Below are positions 13,202 through 25,434 of a DNA stretch of 64,000 nt, in pieces; position 1 is the first letter of the stretch; each line of letters opens with the position of its first letter. Source of the stretch: Lama glama (taxonomy: Eukaryota). The notes beneath the pieces are model-generated. The model was given only the letters and a program-made list of their open reading frames with translations. It did not search any database and was not told the DNA's origin. Location of the stretch: NCBI GenBank assembly GCA_028534125.1, contig CM052817.1:42224001-42288000 (forward strand). Direction: 5' to 3'. Both the position numbers and the translations under genes were made by a program.

Positions 13202-16200
13202 ACCAAATGTCCTTCATCTGCATATCTATGTAGTCCCCAATTCCATTATCTTAGTAGCAGGTGATGCAACACAACTTTGTTCTTTCTTCTGTTCCTTGTG
13301 AGGAATGAGACTTCATTTACTTTTTTCATTGTGGATACCAGGACTTTATGTCTTTATTTTTAATAAAAATATTAGAATCTTGGTGAGATGGGTTAAAGCT
13401 CAGGGCCCTCTTAGTTTTTGCATTTCTCTACACGCCCTCCCCCAACTGTAGAACGCTTATTTCTTTGTTCCCATGGTGTGTTGCTTTCTGATTATACCTA
13501 TAAATGTGGTAAGTTCCCCTAATCTGCATTACAGCTCCATCCTAAATATTATAGTCAGTTCTGGAAATTGTCTTTTAAAGAGGAACAACAATTAATTCCA
13601 GCACAACTAGGGATGGCCGACAAGATGTAGCCAAGTATGGAAATACTAAGTGGGATGCAATTAAACTACTGAAAAAGATATGAATCAGGTGTGACACCTC
13701 AGCTCTCTTCAAATGTCGGGTCTGTGACATGACAGAGAGGCTTCCTCTTTATTGCCCCAAGAACAAGAGGAGGAAAGAGTAGAAGATATAGGGAGGCACA
13801 TTTCAGCCCAATGTAAGGAAGACTTTGGTAATAATTAGTATCATTAGTGAGTGTTTTGGTAACTAAAACTGTTCAAAGAGGGGCAGCTCCATGACGATAT
13901 AAAAGATATTTCTTATATATCTGCTTCTAAATTTTATATTATCGAAGTTTTTACTATTACTAAGACATTTGACAGTTTTGGACAAAAGGCGCTAAAAATT
14001 GAGCGGTCATTTCCAAGTATCATTTTAGTATTTTTAAGAAATATGCAAAGCAGTTAAAATGGGATTATTTTCAGTGTAATATTGAAAAAATTTATGATGC
14101 AACTTTAAGTGTGATGTCCAGTACATTTCTGATACAACTTTCTTTTCCTTCTGAAATCTTGCAGTCTTCTTGACTGCAGTGTTTGCTTTAGTTATATACA
14201 TACACTGAGATATCTCAAAAAGAAATTGTTTTATTCAATTATTTTATTCTTTAACCACTTTGAAGAAAATGTCCTAAGACAAAGCATTCATTTACATATA
14301 CTCGTAACTAGAAGTGGAATCTTTAAACTAGTCACAAATATGAAACCTTGTTTTCAACTTATGGCATTATGCATTAAGCTAACTTTTGAAAAGCTCTGCA
14401 GAGTATTAAATAGTAGCCCTTGATTTCAAAATATCTTAAGTCACCATAATTTTAATAACTTTTTGAGTAGTTGCCAGTTTAATTTTCAGTATGTGCAAAT
14501 TGGAGGTAAATTATTTATTACTTCCAGCAAATGTCTTTCACAATTTTATTTAATTTTTTCATCTTTTTTAATGGATCATAAAATTGCACTCTTTTATTGG
14601 ATATGCATAAATATAGCAGCAAGTGAATACTTTGCAAATAGGTTACTGTGGATTGAAATGTCCACCGTATTTCATGGAATATGAGATTTCTCAGATCTGA
14701 GTAGCCCTAACATATGGCACTGAGCTATTCTCCTGTTTTGGAATTTTCATACATCTTTAAAAATTAAATAAAAGCACTGTGACCATTGGGACATTGAATC
14801 TTATTTACTTAATTATATATCACAATACTATTTAATAATTTCTTACATGTCATGAATTTGAATTTAGTTTTATTATTATTTATTGGTATTGAGTACCAAT
14901 TGACATTAAAATGCACTTCAAGCAGTCTGCTTGTTATGTTGTTTAGATTTCTTCTATCCTTCTACTTAAAAAAATATTCTGAGGATGGAGCAGAGTATAT
15001 GGACATATTTGTAAACGATTCTAAACAATGTAGAACCAGTTTATAGAAAAGGAAGTAGACAGAGTTGTCAGTTCTAAGACTTTTGATTACATTGTAATAC
15101 TGTGTTTTATTTTTATTGCAGCCTTATCACCAAGTACAGCCTAGCTATATTGTAGGGCAATTTATAAATATTGGTTTAATTAGTAATAGAATGACTGAGT
15201 GACTGATTGAACTTACTGATAAACATTCATAAACCAATTTGGCATGCAGTTTTAGGTGTTAAGTTCAAGCACACAGCTCAACATAGTGGAAACGTGGCAT
15301 TTAATCAAGATAATGCTTTGTAACAAGAAGGAAATAGCATTGAAAAATTTCTTTACAGGAACCTGCATGGCATTATGTACTAGGAATTTTTGAACAGTTT
15401 AGCTCTTTATTTTCTTATGTAACAGTAAGTAGAGTGGAAATTCTTTAAATTGAACAAAACATTATTAAGGAAATTATTTTGTTCTTACTATACATTCTTC
15501 TATATTATCTGTGTTGTTTTTGAACTTGGATCTAAAATATTTATATAAAAGTATCTTGATATTCTGAATAATCTGTTAAAGAATAGTCAAGTGTTACAGT
15601 AATTCATAGAGTACCTGCTGTGTTCCTGGCAATTTGTTGGACATTTTATGTACATTATTTTATCAAGCTCTCTTCCCCAAATCAACTCTGAAATGGGCAC
15701 ACTTACCCCCATTTTACATTGAAGAACACAAGGCTGAGAATGTAATGACTGGGGTGCATACTAGAACTCCTGATTCTCCAACACGTGGGCTGAATCTCTC
15801 CACTTTCTCAATTTTATTGGGTTCTTGGGACAACTGAAGATGAACTTTGTACTCACCTCCCACTTATGTATATAGAAGTTATACAGCAACCAGGGTGAGA
15901 AACCCATAGATGATAATGGAAGTGACATAAAATATAACAAAACATGAAATACATATATCACAGTTCTGGAGAAAAGAAACGTCAAATTATTGAGTCTGGA
16001 TTAGAGGGGAAGATGGTTTTATGAATCTGTGTCCAGCAAGGGGGTAGCATAGCTTTGGACACTGGTGTCGGCTCATAATAGTGCCAGTATCATACCTGTA
16101 ATCTCAAAAATGTTCTTCTAAACATGATACATGAAACATGTTCTTCTAAAGATGATAAAATTTAAAAGTGGAAATAACTTTTAGAGTGCTTTTTTCATGA

Positions 16201-16424
16201 TTGTAACTTCTGAAAAATTTTCCCAGCAAATATATAGCATATAAAAATATACATTTATGTATATTCACAAATAAATACCTTATCTTAGCATATAGCGGAT
16301 GCCATTGTAGTTAACCATGAGAAATACGTGAATATAGTAAAAAATTGGAGGAGTGACCCTAAGCTCTTGTCAGTGAGAGAAATTTAGATATAAGACCCGA
16401 GTGGTTATCGAGGATTAAGGTGGC

Positions 16425-16615
16425 ATGCAGTAGAGGTGAAAGCACTTTGTCTGCAGAGTCAGAGAAGTCCAACATTTGGGTGAGTTACCTTTTTAAGCTT
16501 CGGGTCCCTTATCTGGAAAATGGAGATAATGCTACAGCCTCCCTCAGTGGGTTGTTAAATAAGATGAGCTCTGTGTCTGTCTCGCAGTAAGGAATCCATA
16601 AAAGCCGTCATTATT
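16425..16615 (+). mobile_element. MIR SINE
   Basis: ttgggtgagttacct...cccttatctggaaaatggagataat, MIR core. Confidence 0.65.
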
Positions 16616-17609
16616 AGTCCTGTTGCTGACGGTCATGTTTTGACTTTGCTGCTACTGCCCTCAGGAAGATGAAGATTACACTGTTGAAACTGAAGTCCAT
16701 GTGTCAAAAGAATCTTCAGGTGGCTTTTCATGGCTATGGAGACTTAACTCAGTTTTATTTGACACCAGCCACAGTATATACTAGACTGAGATTTTAGGAA
16801 TAACGTGTGATTGTTTTGGTTGCCTACAAGACCTCAGCAGCATGCTACAGGAAGCTACAGAAAAGAGTGAACTTTGTTGTAAAATATACCTTGTGTTCTT
16901 ATTCCATTTGGATAAGCATTAAACATTTTGAATGTTTCCTTCATTGATTAGACAACTGGTTCACTTCTGGTGAGTTCTACGGGCCAGATGATAAACAACT
17001 TCTGTCAGTGTCTACTGATCCCTTAAAAGTTGAGTCAGTAAGATTATCTGCTCAGTCATACATTATTATGAATCAAATGATCTTCCCCCAAACTAAAACC
17101 ATGCCTTCCATGCCGTGTGCTCTCTGGTACATGCTTTGAAGTAGAGAAATTAGGGGCTAGGAAAGATTATTTTTGGATTCAACTATGCTTAGTCTTCAAA
17201 AAACCAAACTGAAACAAAACAAAACAAGGCACTCAGTTCTGCAGAATAAGCAACTAGGTTTAAGTTTTCTTTCTTAAATAAGCAACTTGGCATTCTGTGT
17301 TGAAATAGTTCAAAAGTTCAGTTAAGTTGGTATAAACACCCCAAGTTTTCTCTCTTTTCTGGATTTAGCTAAACTTTTTTTTTAAACAAAATGTTTTGAA
17401 GTGAATATTTCGGAAGAAATATTTTTAATGAGGGTAATTCTAAATTTTGAAGAAGAGTTTGGCTATGTTTGCTAATTGTATCTTTCCTGGTGGCTCTAGC
17501 CCTGTAAGAATCCAAACTAAATATCACATTAAGGAAAAAAAAAACACATTAAGGATTTTATTTCTTCAAGCCTCTCAAGTATGATGGAAAGAATTCAAAA
17601 TTTGTTAGA

Positions 17610-17765
17610 ATCCTATCTTTGCCACTTTGGGCAAAGAAATGAACATTTCTGGGTCCTAGGTACTTCACCTGTAAAACTGCGAAACTACTTACTTTAAGGG
17701 TTTTTATAAGGATTAAATGAGATAATATCCATGAAATGTCTGGGATAGTGTCTGACATGTGGCAG
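17610..17765 (+). mobile_element. MIR SINE, cut off by the assembly gap
   Basis: cacctgtaaaa...aaggattaaatgagataatatccatgaaa...agtgtctgacat. Confidence 0.7.
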
Positions 17766-18265
17766 NNNNNNNNNNNNNNNNNNNNNNNNNNNNNNNNNNN
17801 NNNNNNNNNNNNNNNNNNNNNNNNNNNNNNNNNNNNNNNNNNNNNNNNNNNNNNNNNNNNNNNNNNNNNNNNNNNNNNNNNNNNNNNNNNNNNNNNNNNN
17901 NNNNNNNNNNNNNNNNNNNNNNNNNNNNNNNNNNNNNNNNNNNNNNNNNNNNNNNNNNNNNNNNNNNNNNNNNNNNNNNNNNNNNNNNNNNNNNNNNNNN
18001 NNNNNNNNNNNNNNNNNNNNNNNNNNNNNNNNNNNNNNNNNNNNNNNNNNNNNNNNNNNNNNNNNNNNNNNNNNNNNNNNNNNNNNNNNNNNNNNNNNNN
18101 NNNNNNNNNNNNNNNNNNNNNNNNNNNNNNNNNNNNNNNNNNNNNNNNNNNNNNNNNNNNNNNNNNNNNNNNNNNNNNNNNNNNNNNNNNNNNNNNNNNN
18201 NNNNNNNNNNNNNNNNNNNNNNNNNNNNNNNNNNNNNNNNNNNNNNNNNNNNNNNNNNNNNNNNN
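17766..18265. other. Assembly gap, exactly 500 N
   Basis: Run of N seen directly. The round length suggests a placeholder of unknown true size. Confidence 0.99.
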
Positions 18266-18689
18266 TTGCAATTTGTAGGTTTTTTGGTGGTTGCAGTTTA
18301 TAGGTTTTCTGGTCCCTCTGGTTGTGGTTGAGATTACAAACATTTGTGGTATGTGGTTTCTCTGTGTTTAGCTCACTGGAATGACTTTCTTTCTCCATCC
18401 TCCTTCCTTTTCTGTACATCCAGCCACCTTTATGCACCCCTCTCCCATGCAAACAGGAAAACAAGCCTTTGTCTGGATCCTTATAACCATGCACTGTCTC
18501 AGTGTGCAGGATGCTGAAATTAAATGACACATCTGGAATTTACAGGTTGTGTGCTTTAAGGAAGTCTTTCAAGGTCTTGCTATTTCTCAGGGGAGCGTAA
18601 TGTGACTCAGGTGGTTTAAGAGTAAGGTGATTTCAGGAAAAGGGACATCAGTTGTGTCAGAGATGCAGAGAGAGTGAGGGGACAACTTG

Positions 18690-19470
18690 TCATGTTCAAT
18701 AAGGGATAAAAATAATTTTCACTGAGGAGAGATTTGAGCAAAGGCTTGAGGAAGGTGAGAGAGCCTTGAAGACCATGCAAGGGAAGGGTGTTTATGCAGT
18801 GGGAGCAGCTAGGCCAAAGCCCAAGCTGGGACTGTATCTGCTAGTTTAAAGAAGAACAAAGCAGTCAGTGTGTGGGTTGAAGGAGTTTCGAGATGAGCAG
18901 GAGAGAGTGGAGGGAGAGGAGAGATCACGTAGGGTTTTATAAGTCATTGTAAGGACTTGAGTTTTTCTTCTGAGTGAAACAGGGAGCCACTGGAAGGTGA
19001 CACAGCACCACATTGTTTTAAAAGGATCATTCTGGCTGCTGTGCAGAAATAGACTTTGCAGGCAGGGGCCAAAGTGGAAACATCAAGACCAATTCTGTGG
19101 CTATTTCAATAATCCAGGAGAGGAGAAGGGGCACCACTAGGGAGATAGCAGTAGAAATGGTAAGAAGTGATGGTTAGAGTAGAATGTATTTCAAAGGTGG
19201 AATCTATGAGATACCTGGACAGATTAGATGTGGGTGTGAGAGAAAGACAATAGAATAGTTCTAAGCTTTTTCACCTGGGCAGCTAGAAAGATGAGTTGTC
19301 ATCAGGTAGAACAGTCTTTGGAAGAAGATAAGGAGGTCTGTTTTGGAAATGTTGAATGAAAGATGTCCTTATCATCTCAGTGGAAATGTCAGAAAGGCTA
19401 CTGAATACAGTCTGGAGTTCAAAAAAGAGATCTGGATTGGAAGTACGCATTTGGGAGTTGTGTGGAATGA
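18690..19470 (-). mobile_element. LINE-2 fragment, antisense
   Basis: Purine-rich L2 antisense text: ttttaaaaggatcattctggctgctgtg and ctggagttcaaaaaagagatctggattggaag. Boundaries approximate. Confidence 0.78.
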
Positions 19471-19689
19471 AAGAGTCAACCAAATTCTTTTTTTTTTTTT
19501 TAATGGAAAAAAAAGCTTTTAGGAGGTAGAGCAAGAAGGGAAAGAAAACCAGAGAAAGGTTTTGTATTTATGGAGGAACTGAGATGAACTGAGTCTTGAA
19601 AGACAGCACAGGTCTTAGGCAAGGAGAAAAGGTGGGAAAGCATTAAACAGGTAAATAGCAAACAGAAACGAAAGGAGGAAGAACAAAAT

Positions 19690-19908
19690 AGGGGTACGGG
19701 ATTAACAGACACAAACTACTATATACAAAATAGATAAGCAACAAGGATTTACTGTATAGTACAGGGAACTATACCAGTTAGTTTGTAATAACCTGTAAAA
19801 GAATATAATCTGCAAAAATACTGAATCACTATGCTGTACATCTGAAGCTAACACAATATTGTAACGCAACTATGCTTTAATAAAAATAAATTAATTAACA
19901 AAAATAAA
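19690..19908 (+). mobile_element. LINE-1 3'UTR fragment with A-rich tail
   Basis: aacaaggatttactgtatagtacagggaactat...aatcactatgctgtacatctgaagctaacacaatattgtaa followed by AATAAA, typical of a cetartiodactyl-type L1 end. Confidence 0.88.
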
Positions 19909-20073
19909 TTGAGAGAGGAGATATATTTGGCTGGAGTAAAAATAGTGGAAGCCTTGGAAATGGAAAATTTAGACCAGATTATCAGTAGCCTAAAAAAAAG
20001 TCCAGAGTTCATCCTATAGATCTGTGGTTCTCTAAACTTCAGCAGACAGAGATATGAAAGAAGGAAAGAAAAT

Positions 20074-20600
20074 CTCCCACATTCATGTGTCCCAAGGGCC
20101 AGACTACGGCTCTCTCCTTGAGCTGTGGCTATCAGAGCAGGATACGAACTTCAGCAACTAGAGTCACCACACGACAGGCATTTAGAAAGTTTCTTCCCCT
20201 CTTTGATCTAGAACTAGTTGAAAGGAGGGCAGCCGAGACTGTAACCAAAGGAGGCATGATGCCTCCAGAAAAAATGCCAAGAAAAAGTATTGCAAGCAAC
20301 AATATTGGCTATTGGATCCGGCTCTAAAGGCAAGGGTGGAGAGATCCAACCAGTTGTGAAAGTTGAAGGTGAATTTCTTCTCTCAGAATACGGAGGCACC
20401 AAAGTTGTTCTGGACAGCAGGGGTTATTTTTTATTTAGAGATGGTGACATTCTTGGAAAATCTGTAAGATTGAAATAAGTTGCTATTAAAATGGCATCAA
20501 GTGAGACTGCACGTTACACTAAAGTTCTGAAATCTTTCATCAGGTAAATAACTTCCATGTCTGTCTTTTGTAGTAAACTAATAATCTCCAAACTAATAAA
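20074..20600 (+). pseudogene. HSPE1: Full-length processed pseudogene of HSPE1 (HSP10 co-chaperonin)
   Basis: QAFRKFLPLFD..LVER.AAETVTKGG, then after a frameshift near 20280 GSGSKGKGGEIQPV..EYGGTKVVLD..YFLFRDGDILGK. The start ATG is replaced by ACC at 20166. Intronless and flanked by the perfect TSD AAGGAAAGAAAAT (20061-20073 and 20601-20613). Confidence 0.96.
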
Positions 20601-21179
20601 AAGGAAAGAAAATGGATTGCATTTTTCATCTTTCTCCTATTCTCCCGATAGGAGGTAGTGTTAAAACTTGGAGCAAGGCACTCATTAAAGTGAGGCTCCT
20701 ACCCTCTCATGGAGACTGGGAGTTGGGGTCACCACCTTCTTTGATGATGGCTCTCAGATCAAGAAATACATTCCCCCTGGGATCTGTAAAACTGGAAAAA
20801 GACTTTAAAGGAGATTTATACACATTTCAAAGAGGCAGAAAAAGATTTTGCAATTATAAAGTTTTCTAAGTTTTTTTCTCTAGAAAAAGGGAGGTCAAGG
20901 ACCTATTGTTCGGAAGAAATTTGAAGAAATTTGTTTAAAGTTTAATCAGGCTGAGGGAAAATGTAAGTCCTTCTTGGTCTGTAGAATAATGAAGTGAATA
21001 AGAGAAGGAACAGCACAAGACGTGGGAAAACGAGGATACTTATTCATATGAAGAGGCCAACATGAAAGGAGCAGCATCAGATGCTTCAGGGAGGGGAAGG
21101 AGGAGAGGTCAAAGGGGTCACGGTGACCTTGCTGATTCAGCCTAGGTTGATGATTTGTAGTCTTCTGTGTGAATTTTAT

Positions 21180-21265
21180 TATTTCATTAATTATTATAGG
21201 GTAATAAATAATATAATATAATAATATAATATTATATAATAATATAATAATAATATCAATAATAA
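21180..21265. repeat. AT-rich low-complexity (ATA/TAA) tract
   Basis: Read directly. Confidence 0.9.
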
Positions 21266-22064
21266 TCACAGGATAATTTTTTTTCTCATTAGATTTGACC
21301 ATTATTTTGATTCAAAATCAAATACCTCTGGTGTGTGGTAGTAATATTACCGTTTCAGAGATATGGGACGTGAAGCTGGAGCTGATGAGAATGTGCCTGC
21401 AGATGTGTGCATTAAATCCCTATTCAGAATAGAAGAGGACAATGGGTAGCATTATGATAAATACCAGGCATTGTATTTACATGCTACGCAGCCTTTAGGC
21501 ATATTAGAATGACAGAAATAGGTGAGATGCAGTTGGTAATCTAACTCATTCTCAGATGATGCTTTTGGCTCTTCACAGGCATTGAAAAGTGAAACAAAAT
21601 AGAAAACCACTGCTTTAGCAATTGATTAATCCTTGTGGAAATGCCACAAATAAAGAAGGCCCTCTGTGTTCTCCAAGAGCATCCGGGCTCAGTCCTATTA
21701 AGGCACTTATGTCACTGGGCTGTAATTTCCTGTTTACTTCTTGGTGTCTCTCAACAGTCTTGAGACGAGGACAGCAGAGCCCGAGCCTTGCTCGTTGCCT
21801 CCCTCTCAGTGCCTGGTCCTGACAGTGCTCCAAAATTATTTGTTAACTGAATGAATGAAAGTAGGTGTACATTCAGTTTAAAAGTGGGGAAACTAAGGTT
21901 TAGATTTAAGAGATTCAAGATTAGAGTCTGAGGAAGGTTTGGATTTAGGCAGTCCATTCTCTTCATCTGTCTCAGGAGATTTCCTAAATGTGTCTCCACT
22001 TAAAATAATTCAGTGAAAGATTTTTTTTCCTCTTGGAATCGCTGCTCTTCTGACTCTTTTGGAA

Positions 22065-22232
22065 CAATAATACTGAGAACATGTTTTCTGAGCACATATT
22101 AAATGCCAGACACTGTGCTAAGTGTTATACATGTGCTAAGCAGTTTGTGATTTCATTTAATACTCACCACTCTAGAGGAGGCTATTGCTATGACCTTAAT
22201 TTTACAGATGAGAAAACTGAGGAACAGAGAGC
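22065..22232 (-). mobile_element. MIR SINE
   Basis: tgccagacactgtgctaagtg...ttttacagatgagaaaactgaggaacagaga. Confidence 0.8.
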
Positions 22233-22521
22233 CACCTCCAATCTTCAGAGCACATTTATGCAAACGCTTTAGAAAGTGCTTCTTCTAGTAGGTGCACCCA
22301 GCCCTCAGCAGGGTCCAGAGCTTGATGAGCAGAATATTGGCTGATTTCACTGCCCCCTGGAAAGGGGGCGCTTGAAGCCTGGAGGCTCTGGAGATTGGAT
22401 TGCTTCTCAGTTTCAAAGTCGAGTAAATGCTAGAGTTGGAACCCAAGCCTGTCTTTCCTCAGCCTGAACACTTGCACAATCTGCCATTTGTTACCAGATC
22501 CCAATTTGATTTATGTTAAGA

Positions 22522-22834
22522 CAGAGGTTAGCAAATTTTTTTTTTTTTTGTAAAAGATCAGAGAGTAAATACGTTAGGCTTTGGAGGGCAATGCACTTTC
22601 TGTCCCACTACTCAGTTCTGCCATTGTAGCCCAAAGAGGGCCGGAGACAATATATAACAAATGGGCGTGGCTGTGTTCAACAAAACTGTGTTCACTGACA
22701 TTTTAATTTCATGTAATATCCTTTTCTCTTGATTTTTATCAGAAATGTAATAATGTAAAAAAAATTAGCTTGCCACGCATCTTATGAAATAGATGTGCTG
22801 ATTCGGCCTTTGGGCCATAGTTTGCTAATTCCTG
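22522..22834. mobile_element. hAT-Charlie non-autonomous DNA transposon (MER58-like)
   Basis: Imperfect terminal inverted repeats cagaggttagcaaa...tttgctaattcctg. Internal ctactcagttctgccattgtagc and aatgggcgtggctgtgtt are typical of MER58. Confidence 0.82.
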
Positions 22835-25408
22835 ATATGGAATATTTCAAAAGAATCAAATGAAATGAAATCATCACCTCTTCCATGACTGTTTTTTCTT
22901 CCCCTAGCTCTAATTTCATGGAAACAAAATTGTGGAGACCTATTTCCCCTTTTCTGTGTCAATTTTATTCTAATGTTGTTGCTATGATTAATTATTTTCT
23001 AGCTAGATTGCAACATGCTAGTCATATAGTTTTGAAATTTTTGAGTGCTTCCTCTCTTCCTATAGTTATTTTGCAAGTACATAGTGACTCTGATTTGTTT
23101 TTACACTTCTATGATTCTGTTAGCTAGAATTTCAGTTCTGTTTGGCAGATTAAAGTTTTTGATTGAACATAATAACTTGTTTTCGATAAAGAAAAGGAAG
23201 TTAGGTGCAGATGAAGTTCAAAACCGAATGTGTCCAGGATGATTAGAAAATACATATTCCTTTTACCCTATAATCAAGCTCAAGGGTCTGGTGTGTCCCC
23301 AGGTAAACCTTAAGAGAGTTTTGGCTTCACAACCTTGATCACCATGTGGGTACCAAGTCTCCAACCGGACTCCTCAGCTAACTTGTCTTTGTAGACACTT
23401 GAAAATGCTGCCTGTCAGAACTATGGTTAGTTAGGAACAATTGATCCTACAAACGGCCGATTGGAAAGTCATCTAACAAATGGACATTAATCCAACAAGT
23501 GGCCAATTGTCTCTGTAATAAAGAGATTGCTGCTTTCCAAAAATTTGTGTTTCCTGTATTTTCTTCAGCTGCTTCAGCTGCAACCAACAACTGCCCCTCC
23601 ACCCCACCAAACTGTGTTCCAGCCAAAGTTGTCTTTTCTTGTTCTTGCAAGAAGCCACTGCTTCTGCCCTGACTCCCTTCCTGGGCTTCCATATTCTTCC
23701 TCAGGAGGCCCTCTCGAAGCCCACACGGCCTAGTTCCCACTTTGCCCTGTTTCTGTTGTGCGCTCCTTCCACACTCCTCACGGTTCTGATTATTTGTTCA
23801 CTTGTTCAAGGGTTATCTCTCCAACTAACCCGTGGGCTTCATGAGGACTCATCTCACACGATCGCTTTGGCAGTTCCTTAACTATCTAGTATTTAAAGAG
23901 CAGCACTGCCTAAACAGGAGTGAAGCTTTTAGCTTCCACCTGTGATACAGATCTGTGCATCATCATAGCTAGTTCCATCTGACTCTGAAGTCTGCAGTTT
24001 TCAGCATGGTGTCTGCTCATGCGACTGAAGTCTATGTGTTTGACCTTTCCTTAATTGTTTCTTAAGTTATGTGAACAATGGAATGATTTCCCTTTCATGA
24101 CTGAAGCCTTTCATGCTCTGTTAATGGCTTCGGCAAATCTAAACAAAGGAACTGGGAAAGCCTCGATTTGTATCCAATTAGCCGAGCTAGTGTCTGGGAC
24201 CAGGGTCTCCAGAGCTGTGTTTATGATGAGGTTGGGTTGCATTAAATTCTTTGCTTCTTCTGACTTGTTTTCCATCATGCTTAGCTTGATATGATAAAGA
24301 TTAGGTCTGTAGGTCTTTCAAAAGTGTGTGTTTTCATAGTCAGTATTCTTATAGACAGATCTTTGCAATCATTTGAGAGAATACTGTCACATTAAATGTA
24401 GAGTTACATCTGGATGTGCATAGTGTTTTGTCAGTGTTCCTAATGGGGCATTTTTTGACAGAAAATCCAAGAATTTTAACTGCCTGTCATGGCCACCCCA
24501 TCTACTTTATATTCCATCAGTATCATTTTCCAAATTCCCTGCTCATGACACATTTGTAGAAAGAAAACCCTAACCACTAAACTTTTAGTATATTCACACC
24601 CTCTAGTTTCACATCCTTATTTCTGAACACAGGACTTGATTCTAAGAAAAGGGGGAAACGAATGTTCATAGAACCCTTTGGAAAGTTGTGTAGAACAGCC
24701 AAGCGGTGAGCCATTTCCATGGGTGCTGTGGCTCGATCCTCATGTGGGGAAGGTCTGGTGGGGAATGTTGTTTACATTCCATACGTGTCACAGATTGGGG
24801 CTATCTTATATAAGACCTTATATTTGAAGGTGGAATCATGAATTTATAGATTTGACAACATTCGTCCTGAAGGATATTATAGTTTTCTATGTATTTCTTT
24901 AACATTCCTTTCCTGTTATGTTCTTATTTGTCCAGATTTTAGAGCTTAGTGTAATCAAGCCTGTGGGGAGCTGCATGATTTCTTCTTGAATGTTTAGAAT
25001 TCTGGGTAGAAAGATACCCTTGGAGTATTTCATAAGTGTCATATGTGTTCTGAATTACTTTCTTTGGTTTTGAGGACAGAGAACTTAGATTATTTGCCTG
25101 GAAAATTTCTGCAAGGTATTTATCTCCCTCCTCTCTCTCTCTGAATCAAACACACACACACATACACACATATACACATGCAGCTTTCTATGTGCAAGAC
25201 ACTGATTTAGATGTTTAGGACACATCAGTAACCACATGCCGAGCTTACATCTCCATTCTACCAAACTCTACATCAAGAAGTTGCTAGATGAATGCATGTC
25301 TTTTCATTTCTTGTATTTTAAAATAATTCTTTATGATAAATATTTGATAACATCTTGAAGTGCCTTAAGAATGGTCTACTGGTAAATGGTAAAGCTCTAT
25401 GAAGATAT

Positions 25409-25434
25409 TGTGTGTGTGTGTGTGTGTGTGTGTG
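25409..25434. repeat. (TG)13 microsatellite
   Basis: Read directly. Confidence 0.95.

Noticed and set aside
16110..16160. Short direct repeats (atgttcttctaaa twice here; similar 12-14 bp duplications near 32790, 35050 and 58930), considered as CRISPR-like or functional arrays
   Set aside because: Only two copies each, with no spacer array. These are ordinary slippage duplications in a mammalian intron.
17558..18530. Four long ORFs of 180-278 aa in the supplied track
   Set aside because: They are artefacts of translating through the 500-N gap.
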